From Epilithonimonas sp. (lineage in GTDB: Bacteria > Bacteroidota > Bacteroidia > Flavobacteriales > Weeksellaceae): a stretch of 64,000 nucleotides of DNA. Where the stretch lies: contig NZ_DAMBSX010000004.1 of the NCBI RefSeq assembly GCF_032054305.1, positions 184,795 to 248,794 on the forward strand, read 5' to 3'. The notes beneath the pieces are model-generated. The model was not told the DNA's origin. It made no database searches and saw only the letters and a program-made list of their open reading frames with translations. Shown here piece after piece: positions 10,593-19,486 of the stretch. Position 1 is the first letter of the stretch; each line of letters begins with the position of its first letter. The position numbers were made by a program, and so were the translations under genes.

Positions 10593-10674
10593 TTGTGTTT
10601 ATCGTGGTAAATTTAATTTAAAAAGACAATATGGTTGTTGGACCATTTAGAATTCGTTGGCTTTGAATTAGAAT

Positions 10675-11442
10675 TTAAAATCTGCTGATCAGATCTTGTA
10701 ATCTATCCCTTTTTCTTTGTGATACCGGGAGCTTTGCATTGTCCGACATGACTACAAATCCTCCATCTTTTTTGATGTAGGACCTCAACTCGTTCAGATT
10801 GATCAGGTGAGATTGGTGGATACGCTCAAATCCATGATCTGATAGCAACTCTTCATATTCTTTCAAAGTTTTGGATATCATGACCACCTTATTATGATTT
10901 TTGATATAGAATTTGGTATAATTATCCACCGATTCGCATCGGATAATATCCTTAATCTCAAAAAGATGAATTCCATCCGAAGTTGACAAGGCTATTTTTT
11001 TGAAATTATCGGTTTTCCTTGTGATATTTTCCAGAAGCAGCTCGATGTTTTTATTCTCACTGTTCAAATGAGTTATGTTTTTGATTTTTCTAATAACCGC
11101 CTGGAGATCTTCCGGATCGATCGGCTTTAGGAGAAAATCCAACGCACTGAATCTAAAAGCCTTTATCGCAAATTTTTCATGAGCTGTTACAAAGATAATA
11201 TGTGAGGAGATCTTTCCATATTTTGTATTAATATTTTCCAAAATATCGAATCCCGAACCGTCATTCATCATGATGTCTAGGAAAATAATTTGAGGATTTG
11301 TTTTTTTTATCAGCTGTATCCCGGTTTTTACACTTTCCGCTTCTCCCAGGATTTCAATCTCTGGAGCGTATAAAGACAACATCGCCTTCATCCCATTTCT
11401 GAGGTTATGGTCATCATCTATTAAAATTGCAGTTATCATCAT
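10675..11442 (-). CDS. LytTR-family two-component response regulator
   Basis: Receiver domain (ILIDDD..., IIFLDIMMNDGSGFD) plus a C-terminal LytTR DNA-binding domain. Its start overlaps the kinase gene stop by 4 nt. Confidence 0.9.
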   Translation of the reverse strand: MMITAILIDDDHNLRNGMKAMLSLYAPEIEILGEAESVKTGIQLIKKTNPQIIFLDIMMNDGSGFDILENINTKYGKISSHIIFVTAHEKFAIKAFRFSALDFLLKPIDPEDLQAVIRKIKNITHLNSENKNIELLLENITRKTDNFKKIALSTSDGIHLFEIKDIIRCESVDNYTKFYIKNHNKVVMISKTLKEYEELLSDHGFERIHQSHLINLNELRSYIKKDGGFVVMSDNAKLPVSQRKRDRLQDLISRF

Positions 11443-13355
11443 TTGTGTTTTATAAATTCTAATGGCAGTTTTATCAGGACCTGAGTTCCCAAGACAATTT
11501 CATTATTATTTAGTTCTGTAATATCCAATTCGATTTTTTTATTTTCCAGTTGCTCCAGCGTTTCCAATCTTTTCTGCGATATCTCCATTGCCATAGATCT
11601 GTGTGCGTTGACAAAATTTGTTTTCACCATCTTCGATTTTTCGATTCCCACACCGTTGTCTTTGATAGTACAAATAAGATACTCACTTCTCTGTTGAAAA
11701 GTGATATCAATGAAGCCTTTCCCATCTTTGGGAACTACACCATGAATGATGGCATTTTCCACATAAGGTTGCAACAGCAAAGATGGAATTGCTGCGTCAT
11801 CTTCAATTTCCGGATCTTTGGAAATCTGAAAGTCGAACTTATTGTTGAATCTTAGTTGTTCCAATTCGAGATAATTCTTCAGCGCCTCTATTTCTTTATC
11901 AATTGTAATTGAGGATTCTTTGGAAAACTCCAGGGTAAGGCGCATTAGTTTTGAAAATTTGGAAAGATACCTGATCGCTTCCTCTTTTCCATTCTGCATT
12001 ACAAAAGCCGAAATCGCCGCCAGGCAATTGAAGACAAAATGCGGATTCATCTGTAGATGCAAAGCTTTGTGTTCAAACTCTGCTAGTTGCTTTTGGAGGA
12101 GAATTGTTTTTTGCTTCTCTCTGTTTCTGTAATAGAAAAATGTTCCCAGCAGAAAAATCCCTGCCAACGCAATGATAAAAAGCCATTTCAGCCTCTCACG
12201 GCTCGCAATCTGTCGTTTTTCCAACTTTTCTTTTTCATATTGGAAGTTAAGTTCGGTTTTCAGTCGTTGTTGTTCATTTCTTACAACATCAAAATTTTCT
12301 TTTTCGATATCATAATTTTTGAGATGTAATAATGCTAATTTTTGATCTCCTTTTTTATCATATATCTGTGAGAGCAGTTTTTCAGCATTCATAGTTGCTT
12401 CTGTCAATTCCAATTCTTTTGAAAGTTCAAGACCTTTATTTGCAAATTTTAGAGATTCATTCAGTTTATTTTCATTAAAATAAATTTCTCCCAAAAACAA
12501 ATAAGTATCGGACAGACCAAATTTGTCATCAATCGATAAAAATTCTTTCTCCGCCTTTTTCAAATTGGATTTAGCTGATTCGATTTGCCCTATTTGAATA
12601 TAATATTGAGAATAATTGTTGTAAAGCTCTCCTAGAGCTCTAGGATTTTCACTTTTTTGATAAAATCTAAAACTTTCGTCAAAATATTTTTTTGAATTTT
12701 CCAGCGTATTCTGATAAAGATAGATCAGTCCAATATTGGACGCACTTGCAGCAAATGTTGCTTCATCTTTATTTTTTGAGATCTTGTTAGCTTTCAAAAA
12801 ATATTCCAGCGATTTTTCTTTGTCATCAATAGACTTATAAATGACCCCAATATTATTATAAAGTTTAGAGATCTGAACCTCATTCTTTGTCTCTTCATAA
12901 ATTTTCAACGCTTCAAAATCATGATCTAAGGCTTTGGCGTAATTATTTTGTTCAGAATAGACAACACCTTTACTTCCCAATGTTTTAGCAAGTGTTTCTT
13001 TTACTTTCCCATCATTAGAATTAATTTTCAAAAGGATCTTTTCTGACGCCTCAAAATTTTGCAAAGCTTTATCGTAATCTCCAAAAATCAAAAATGAAGT
13101 TCCAATATTCTGATAAGCAACAGCCTGTTGATAAGGACTATGGTATTTTTTCGCATTTTCTAAGGCAAGAATTGCAAACTTCTGCATCTGCTCCGGATCC
13201 GAATGTTTGTATGCATCGGAGATCTGATTTTGCAAAACAAGAATATTCTGAGGAGTCTTTTCTTTTTTAAGAACTGCCAATAGAGAATCCGCAGCAGATT
13301 GAGCCGATATAAAAAATGCAGAAAGTATCAGTAGAAAAAATAGAATTTTTCTCAT
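11439..13355 (-). CDS. Sensor histidine kinase (LytS/YehU type) with a periplasmic TPR-like region
   Basis: Signal peptide, TPR-like repeats, one TM segment, then LQMNPHFVFNCL (His kinase) and ENAIIHG...IKDNGVGI (HATPase). The track start at 13373 is TTG. I prefer the ATG at 13355 (MRKILFFLLILSAFF). Confidence 0.85.
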   Translation of the reverse strand: MRKILFFLLILSAFFISAQSAADSLLAVLKKEKTPQNILVLQNQISDAYKHSDPEQMQKFAILALENAKKYHSPYQQAVAYQNIGTSFLIFGDYDKALQNFEASEKILLKINSNDGKVKETLAKTLGSKGVVYSEQNNYAKALDHDFEALKIYEETKNEVQISKLYNNIGVIYKSIDDKEKSLEYFLKANKISKNKDEATFAASASNIGLIYLYQNTLENSKKYFDESFRFYQKSENPRALGELYNNYSQYYIQIGQIESAKSNLKKAEKEFLSIDDKFGLSDTYLFLGEIYFNENKLNESLKFANKGLELSKELELTEATMNAEKLLSQIYDKKGDQKLALLHLKNYDIEKENFDVVRNEQQRLKTELNFQYEKEKLEKRQIASRERLKWLFIIALAGIFLLGTFFYYRNREKQKTILLQKQLAEFEHKALHLQMNPHFVFNCLAAISAFVMQNGKEEAIRYLSKFSKLMRLTLEFSKESSITIDKEIEALKNYLELEQLRFNNKFDFQISKDPEIEDDAAIPSLLLQPYVENAIIHGVVPKDGKGFIDITFQQRSEYLICTIKDNGVGIEKSKMVKTNFVNAHRSMAMEISQKRLETLEQLENKKIELDITELNNNEIVLGTQVLIKLPLEFIKHK

Positions 13356-13465
13356 CCGTTGTGTTTGTTGCAAAATTAATCATAAGTAATTGATTTTAAA
13401 AAGATCTAATGAGAAAACGCAGTTTTTGGATGAGAATTCGATTTCAGATTGACATTTTAATTCTT

Positions 13466-13473
13466 TAAATTTG
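13466..13473 (+). promoter_or_regulatory. Candidate -7 promoter box TAAATTTG for nadD
   Basis: TAnnTTTG match 14 nt upstream of the TTG start. Confidence 0.3.
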
Positions 13474-13487
13474 AGGTTTATAAATCA

Positions 13488-14111
13488 TTGATAATTTTGG
13501 AAAATCGCAAAAAGATCGGATTATTTTTCGGCTCATTCAACCCCATTCATATTGGTCATTTGATTTTGGCCAATTATATTTTGGAACATTCTGATATGAA
13601 AGAATTATGGTTTGTAGTGAGTCCGCAAAACCCTTTCAAAGACAAAAAATCACTTCTGAAAGACCACAATCGTTTGGATATGGTACAATTGGCGATAAAA
13701 AATTATCCAAAAATGCGAGTTTCCAATGTTGAATTCTCTTTGCCAACACCAAGTTATACGATTGACACTTTGACTTATCTTCAGGAAAAACATCCGGATT
13801 ATTCTTTCTCACTTATAATGGGAGAAGATAATTTGAAAAGTCTTCACAAATGGAAAAACTATGAATTGCTTCTGAAAAATCATCAGATCATTGTTTATCC
13901 TAGAGTTTTCGGAGAAGAAAAAAGAGATGAAGTCTTCGAGAGCCTCAGACTGACAATTGCGCAGCACGAGAATATTCATCAAATTGATGCGCCCATCATA
14001 GAACTTTCTGCAACGGAAATCAGAAATATGATCAAAGAAGGTAAAAATGTGAGGCCAATGCTTCCACCGGAAGTTTTTGAATATCTTGACGGAAGTAGTT
14101 TCTATAAATAA
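13488..14111 (+). CDS. nadD: Nicotinate-nucleotide adenylyltransferase (TTG start)
   Basis: KIGLFFGSFNPIHIGHL (HxGH nucleotidyltransferase motif) and SATEIRNMI (ISSTxxR-like). Confidence 0.9.
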   Translation: MIILENRKKIGLFFGSFNPIHIGHLILANYILEHSDMKELWFVVSPQNPFKDKKSLLKDHNRLDMVQLAIKNYPKMRVSNVEFSLPTPSYTIDTLTYLQEKHPDYSFSLIMGEDNLKSLHKWKNYELLLKNHQIIVYPRVFGEEKRDEVFESLRLTIAQHENIHQIDAPIIELSATEIRNMIKEGKNVRPMLPPEVFEYLDGSSFYK

Positions 14112-14118
14112 ATCGTGG

Positions 14119-14865
14119 ATGAAAAGATGTTTTTTCCTATTAGTTTTTTTTAATTTTATTTTAGTATTTTCTCAATTAGACTCTTTACAAAAGAAAAGAT
14201 GGGAAGAAATCAATAAAAGATTTGAAGAACAATGTACTAAAGATGCAAAAAGGGCCATAGAAGATTCTAAATCGCAAACTATTTATTATATCAGTATTCC
14301 TGCTCCAAATGGGGAGGATTTTCTTCCAAGTAAGGAACTTGGAGAAATTTTAAAACCTTATGGAATCAAATTTGGAGGGAGTTGGATGGGAAGTGACATT
14401 GCAGGTTATTACACTAATAATCTGTGCTATAAAAGCTCTATGACAAGATTTGCTGAAGAAAAATTTGGAGAAAAATTTTTTGAAGATAAAATGCAAGAAG
14501 CATTAGTCACTTTTATAAAAAATAATCCAGAACGAGTATTTGATTATAGAAGCGAATCATTGAGTTTTTCTAAAAATAATTTTGAGGGAGACTTTTGGGA
14601 TCATTTCAAATTGCCAAAGAACTATATTAAAAGAGCTAACAATGAAAATTTTTCTAAAGTATATGCCTACTTTATTGTGGACAGAAATGGCAAAGCAAAT
14701 GATGTAGAGTTTGAAAGTGAATTTATTAACCTGAAAAACAAAAAACTTGAACCACAAATTTTAGCATCTATAAAAAAGCAGATTTTAGCTTATAAATGGA
14801 ATCCTAATACCTACAAAGGATTTGTTGTGAAAAGCAAAAACACTATAGCCGTCACTTTTCCTTAA
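14119..14865 (+). CDS. Hypothetical secreted protein
   Basis: The track ORF starts at 14077, inside nadD. The ATG at 14119 gives a typical signal peptide, MKRCFFLLVFFNFILVFSQ. Confidence 0.5.
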   Translation: MKRCFFLLVFFNFILVFSQLDSLQKKRWEEINKRFEEQCTKDAKRAIEDSKSQTIYYISIPAPNGEDFLPSKELGEILKPYGIKFGGSWMGSDIAGYYTNNLCYKSSMTRFAEEKFGEKFFEDKMQEALVTFIKNNPERVFDYRSESLSFSKNNFEGDFWDHFKLPKNYIKRANNENFSKVYAYFIVDRNGKANDVEFESEFINLKNKKLEPQILASIKKQILAYKWNPNTYKGFVVKSKNTIAVTFP

Positions 14866-14892
14866 TTATTTCACATCATAAAATAATTAAAA

Positions 14893-15492
14893 ATGAAAAA
14901 CTTAGTTATCTTAATTTTACTTTTCCCAATATTATTTGTTGCTCAAAACAAAGAAGTCATTAGAATAAACTGTGATTCAATTTTTAATAAAAAAGGTTAT
15001 TCCGTTGCTTTGGAATTTGACCCGAAAGACCAAGCGATATTGAATATCCTATTTACTTTTTCAAAGAAAATCAATGGTAAAGAAAAAATAATATATCAGG
15101 AAAAATTGCACAGCCAGTTTCAGAATATGGAGTTCATCGATTTCAATGGTGACGGGATCAAAGATATTTTGATAGAAAACACTTCTGATGCGAGAAGTAA
15201 TTTGACTTATCATCTTTTTATTGTTGATCTCAAAAATCAGAAATTGAGGAAAATTGAAGGTTTTGAAGAAATTAAAAATCCAAATTATCTCAAAAAATAC
15301 GACCTAATAGATTGTATGGTAATGTCTGGAAAAAATTGGACCAGCTTTTATAAGATCGAAGGAAATAAAATCAAGGACTTTGGATATGTTATAGAAGATG
15401 GCGAAGACGACAATGGAAAACACCTGGAATATGATAAAAATTACAAGCTGACTTTAGAAAAGATTCTGAAATCTGAAAAAGAAAAAAAATGA
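14893..15492 (+). CDS. Hypothetical secreted protein (FG-GAP/VCBS-like DFNGDGIKDIL motif)
   Basis: Signal peptide MKNLVILILLFPILFVAQ. Its stop overlaps the next ATG (ATGA). Confidence 0.5.
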   Translation: MKNLVILILLFPILFVAQNKEVIRINCDSIFNKKGYSVALEFDPKDQAILNILFTFSKKINGKEKIIYQEKLHSQFQNMEFIDFNGDGIKDILIENTSDARSNLTYHLFIVDLKNQKLRKIEGFEEIKNPNYLKKYDLIDCMVMSGKNWTSFYKIEGNKIKDFGYVIEDGEDDNGKHLEYDKNYKLTLEKILKSEKEKK

Positions 15493-15830
15493 ACATCATA
15501 GAAAAATATTCCTCAAAATATCCCGAAGAAAAAATCATCAAATGGTTTAAACAAGTTTGTCTTGCAGAAGCGGTTTCCTGGTTTTTACTTTTCACGGCGA
15601 TGGTCTGGATTCGTGTTGAGCCAAAAGGTCTTTTTGCAATTATTTACATTAGCACCATGGGAAGCATTCACGGGCTATTTTTCACGCTTTATCTTTTGCT
15701 TTTGCTTCCTGTGAAAAAGATTTTTAATTGGGATGATGAGGATTCAATTTTTGCTTTATGTGCAGCATTTTTCCCTTTTGCAACGATTTGGGTCGATAAA
15801 AAATTAGCCCGAAAAAATCGGGATGAATGA
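15489..15830 (+). CDS. Small integral membrane protein (DUF3817-like)
   Basis: 113 aa with 3 predicted TM helices. The family name is from memory of the pattern. Confidence 0.55.
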   Translation: MNIIEKYSSKYPEEKIIKWFKQVCLAEAVSWFLLFTAMVWIRVEPKGLFAIIYISTMGSIHGLFFTLYLLLLLPVKKIFNWDDEDSIFALCAAFFPFATIWVDKKLARKNRDE

Positions 15831-15906
15831 TGAATATCAATGAGGAAAATCTTTTATTTGAAGTCAAACTTTGTAACTTTAAAGTATAAAAAATAGATTT
15901 CCATAC

Positions 15907-16905
15907 ATGAAAATTACATTTTTCTCTTCTAAGCCTTATGACAAGGAATTTTTTGACAAAGCGAATCAACAATTCAATTTTGAACTGGATTATTTTGAAA
16001 CACATCTTGGTCCGCACGTCCTGAATCTCATCGAAAATACCGATGCTGTCTGCGCCTTCGTGAATGACAAACTGAATGCAGAAGTTCTGGAATCGCTTGC
16101 CAGCAAAGGTGTAAAATATCTTGCATTGCGTTGCGCAGGTTTCAACAACGTGGATTTGGAAGCTGCAAAACGTCTTGGACTAAGAGTTTCCAGAGTTCCA
16201 GCTTATTCTCCTGAAGCGGTTGCGGAACATGCAATGGCAATGATTCTCACACTTAACAGAAAAACACATAAAGCTTACAACCGAGTTCGTGAACAGAATT
16301 TTGCATTGAATGGATTGATGGGTTTTAATCTTTATCAAAAAACAATCGGGGTGATTGGAACGGGAAATATCGGTGCTGCATTTGCCAAAATCGCTAAAGG
16401 TTTCGGAGCGAAAGTTTTAGCTTATGATATTACTGAAAATCAAGAATTGAAACAACTTGGAATCGAGTATGTTTCTCAGGAACAATTACTTTCTCAATCC
16501 GATGTTGTTTCACTTCATTGTCCACTGATGGAATCTACACATCATTTGATCAATGAAGAGTCTATCAAAAAAATGAAACAAAATGTAATGATTATCAACA
16601 CAAGCCGAGGCGGATTGATCGATACCAAAGCTGTCATCAACGGTTTGAAATCCAAACATATCGGTTATCTTGGAATTGATGTTTATGAGCAGGAAGAAAA
16701 ATTATTTTTCCGAGACCTCTCCCATACGATTATTGAAGATGATACGATTCAGCGTTTGATGAGTTTCCCCAATGTTTTGGTTACGGCACATCAGGCATTT
16801 TTCACTCAAGAAGCACTTGAACAGATTGCTAATTCTACTCTAACAAGTCTTGCTCATTTTGAAAAAAATGAAGAATTTGAAAATCCGAACGCTGTTTTGA
16901 TTTAG
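15907..16905 (+). CDS. ldhA: D-lactate dehydrogenase / D-isomer-specific 2-hydroxyacid dehydrogenase
   Basis: MKITFFSSKPYDKEFFDKANQQFNFELDYFE resembles the E. coli LdhA N-terminus. NAD-binding site GVIGTGNIGAAFAKIAKGFGAKV. Confidence 0.85.
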   Translation: MKITFFSSKPYDKEFFDKANQQFNFELDYFETHLGPHVLNLIENTDAVCAFVNDKLNAEVLESLASKGVKYLALRCAGFNNVDLEAAKRLGLRVSRVPAYSPEAVAEHAMAMILTLNRKTHKAYNRVREQNFALNGLMGFNLYQKTIGVIGTGNIGAAFAKIAKGFGAKVLAYDITENQELKQLGIEYVSQEQLLSQSDVVSLHCPLMESTHHLINEESIKKMKQNVMIINTSRGGLIDTKAVINGLKSKHIGYLGIDVYEQEEKLFFRDLSHTIIEDDTIQRLMSFPNVLVTAHQAFFTQEALEQIANSTLTSLAHFEKNEEFENPNAVLI

Positions 16906-16966
16906 AATTTAGTCAAAATAATAAAATAAAACCTTAAAATTCCCGTCCGAACTTTCGGATAATGAA

Positions 16967-16995
16967 GCCATTGCAAAATCTGCAGTGGCTTTTTT
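16967..16995 (+). terminator. Rho-independent terminator after ldhA
   Basis: GCCATTGCA / TGCAGTGGC stem (one G-U pair), followed by TTTTTT. Confidence 0.6.
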
Positions 16996-17146
16996 CGTTT
17001 TTTTCTGATTCTGATGTAACATATTTTTGATTTCGATTGTCTTACTTATAAAGTAGTTAAAATTTTTAAATCTGATAATCAAACAATTACATCATTTAAA
17101 TAATTTTATTTACTACTTTGTATTGCATAATACTTAAATTAATATA

Positions 17147-17154
17147 TATCTTTG
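17147..17154 (+). promoter_or_regulatory. Candidate -7 promoter box TATCTTTG for the beta-barrel gene pair
   Basis: TAnnTTTG match 50 nt upstream of the ATG at 17204. Confidence 0.35.
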
Positions 17155-17203
17155 CAATGTTAAATATTAGAAACTACAAACTACCTTAATAAAACCAAGT
17201 ATT

Positions 17204-19417
17204 ATGAAAGCTAAAATCCTAATTGCAGTTATCTTTTTCTCAGGAATGATTTCCGCACAACAAGCTCAAAAAAACACAGACCAGATAAAAAATATTGAAG
17301 AAGTAAAACTTAGTAAAAAAGTTTTCGTGAAAAAATCCGACAGATTTGTTTATGATGTAGCTTCTTCTCCCGTTGCAAAAGGAACAAACTCATTCAATCT
17401 TTTGCAACAAACTCCAATGTTGTCTAGCACAGATGGAAAGACCTTCAAAATAATGGGAAAATCCAGCGTTGTTTTTTACATCAACGGAAAAAGAACCCTG
17501 ATGGATGCAGAAGCTATTACTGAAATGCTAAAAAACACACCTTCAGAAAATATTCAGAGAATAGAAGTGGTAACTGTTCCGGGAAGCGAGTTCCAAGTTG
17601 AAGCAAACGAAGGTGTGGTAAACATAGTAATGAAAAAAAGTAAAACGAACGGTTACAACGGAACTTTGAAAATGAATAACAGCCAGAGTTTTTATAACAA
17701 TCCTTCTTCAGGTGTTGCTTTCAACCTAAGGCAAAACAAGTGGTCTTTCAATTCCAATTTCAATATGGGAAGTTACAGAGAAAGAGAGAAATATACGCTT
17801 TCCAATGGTGATGCTACTTTCAGAAATGATTCTTACGGAACAATGGATGACCCAAACAAAAACTACGGTGGAAGTATCAATATCGATTATGAAATTAATA
17901 AAAATCAGAATCTTGGATTCAGTTATAATATGAGATATAACAAGAGTTTCGGTTCTGTGTTGGATATGACAAATTATGAAGATGGAATTTTATCAAATAA
18001 CACTATAAATCAAGAAGATGCGCAAACGAGAAACCATAATTTCAATCTTAATTACGAAATTAAAACTGATACTCTTGGAAGTAAATTGACTTCAAATATT
18101 TCTTATTTGTGGTTTAATAGAGACAAAAAGAGTCTTGGTGAAACATTTCCATTAATTCAAGGTGGTAAATACAGTGCTTTCAAACAAGCTGTTCCTCAGA
18201 TCATTAATAATTATGCTGCGAACGTAGATTACATCAAGAAATTCAGAAATGAAAGTACTTTCGCTATAGGAACAAGTTACAACTTTACCAATACTGACAG
18301 TGATACAAGACAGGATGATTTCGTGGGAAATGATTTCATTAATAATACCAATCTTTCCAATCATTTCATTTATAAAGAAAATATCATTGGTGCTTATGCA
18401 ACTTATGAAAAAAAATTCTCAGACAAATTCACAGGAAAAATTGGAACAAGATTAGAAGCGACAATTAGCTCTGGTGATGTTGTAGGAAAATCTGACATCG
18501 GTTTTGAAAGAAACTATAACAATCTTTTGCCTTATGCGACATTGAATTATGCCATTAATGATAGCAATAACATCACTTATAGTTTTTCCAGCAGAGTCAG
18601 AAGACCTGGATTCGGACAACTGAATCCTTCCAGAACGTACTTTACACCAACCAATTATATTCAGAACAATCCTTTTATGCAGGCTTCCAGGAATTATAAT
18701 CAGGAAATCAACTATATGTACAGGAACGCTTTCTATGCTAATGTGAGTTTCAATTTTGCTGAGAATGCTTACGGGCAGCTTCCATTACAAGGAAAGATGA
18801 TTGACAACGCAACTGGCGAGGAAACCAAATTCTTAAGATATATCAGAACCAATTATGGTAATAATAAACAATTGGGATTGACTTTGGGAATGAACAAAGC
18901 TTGGTTCGGAGACATCTGGACAACCAATTATTCTGCCAATTTTGAATATGCAACAATCTCCGGAGGTGTAACGAAAGACCCAACTTCACAACCAATAGAA
19001 GGATTCACAGAAGTATTACAACCTTACACAATAAATGTAAAAACCCTGAATATGTTCTTCCAAACCAACAATATGCTAAGATTATCTGCGAAAAAAGATT
19101 GGTATCTGGGTGTTAATTACTGGATAATGCCTTCAAGAGAAATGGAAATTGGAAAACTTCACACACAACAGAGCTTCGATGTGAACATAAAAAAAATAAT
19201 GGGAAATTTCACATTCCTGGTAGAAGTAAATGACCTTTTCAATCAAAATATCGATGACATCAGAACTGTACAATCCAACGGAAGTTTCAACAATGTGAGA
19301 AGTTTCCAATACAGAAGAGAATTCAATGTGAATGTGACTTACAACTTCGGAAATCAGAAACTGAAAAAAGCTAGAGAAGTGAAATCTGCTAACGACGCCA
19401 TCCGCTCCAGAACTTAA
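17204..19417 (+). CDS. Outer-membrane beta-barrel family protein (TonB-dependent-receptor-like, plug-like N-terminus)
   Basis: Signal peptide MKAKILIAVIFFSGMISAQ. Plug-like region (FYINGKRT...IQRIEVVTVPGSEFQVEA). A long Asn/Tyr-rich barrel-like remainder. Confidence 0.7.
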   Translation: MKAKILIAVIFFSGMISAQQAQKNTDQIKNIEEVKLSKKVFVKKSDRFVYDVASSPVAKGTNSFNLLQQTPMLSSTDGKTFKIMGKSSVVFYINGKRTLMDAEAITEMLKNTPSENIQRIEVVTVPGSEFQVEANEGVVNIVMKKSKTNGYNGTLKMNNSQSFYNNPSSGVAFNLRQNKWSFNSNFNMGSYREREKYTLSNGDATFRNDSYGTMDDPNKNYGGSINIDYEINKNQNLGFSYNMRYNKSFGSVLDMTNYEDGILSNNTINQEDAQTRNHNFNLNYEIKTDTLGSKLTSNISYLWFNRDKKSLGETFPLIQGGKYSAFKQAVPQIINNYAANVDYIKKFRNESTFAIGTSYNFTNTDSDTRQDDFVGNDFINNTNLSNHFIYKENIIGAYATYEKKFSDKFTGKIGTRLEATISSGDVVGKSDIGFERNYNNLLPYATLNYAINDSNNITYSFSSRVRRPGFGQLNPSRTYFTPTNYIQNNPFMQASRNYNQEINYMYRNAFYANVSFNFAENAYGQLPLQGKMIDNATGEETKFLRYIRTNYGNNKQLGLTLGMNKAWFGDIWTTNYSANFEYATISGGVTKDPTSQPIEGFTEVLQPYTINVKTLNMFFQTNNMLRLSAKKDWYLGVNYWIMPSREMEIGKLHTQQSFDVNIKKIMGNFTFLVEVNDLFNQNIDDIRTVQSNGSFNNVRSFQYRREFNVNVTYNFGNQKLKKAREVKSANDAIRSRT

Positions 19418-19427
19418 TTAAAAAAAT

Positions 19428-19486
19428 AAAACTCTCAAACACCAAATCATCCAACTCTATAACTCTCAAACCCTAAAACTCTCAAA
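19428..19486 (+). repeat. Three direct copies of ACTCTCAAA in the 69-bp spacer between the two barrel genes
   Basis: Copies at 19431..19439, 19462..19470 and 19478..19486. The last one abuts the ATG. Confidence 0.8.

Noticed and set aside
15482-15489. An A8 tract at the stop/start overlap of 14893..15492 and 15489..15830, considered as a phase-variation switch.
   Set aside because: It encodes only the terminal Lys codons of the upstream protein. Slippage would add or remove a few residues. There is no evidence of an alternative long frame.
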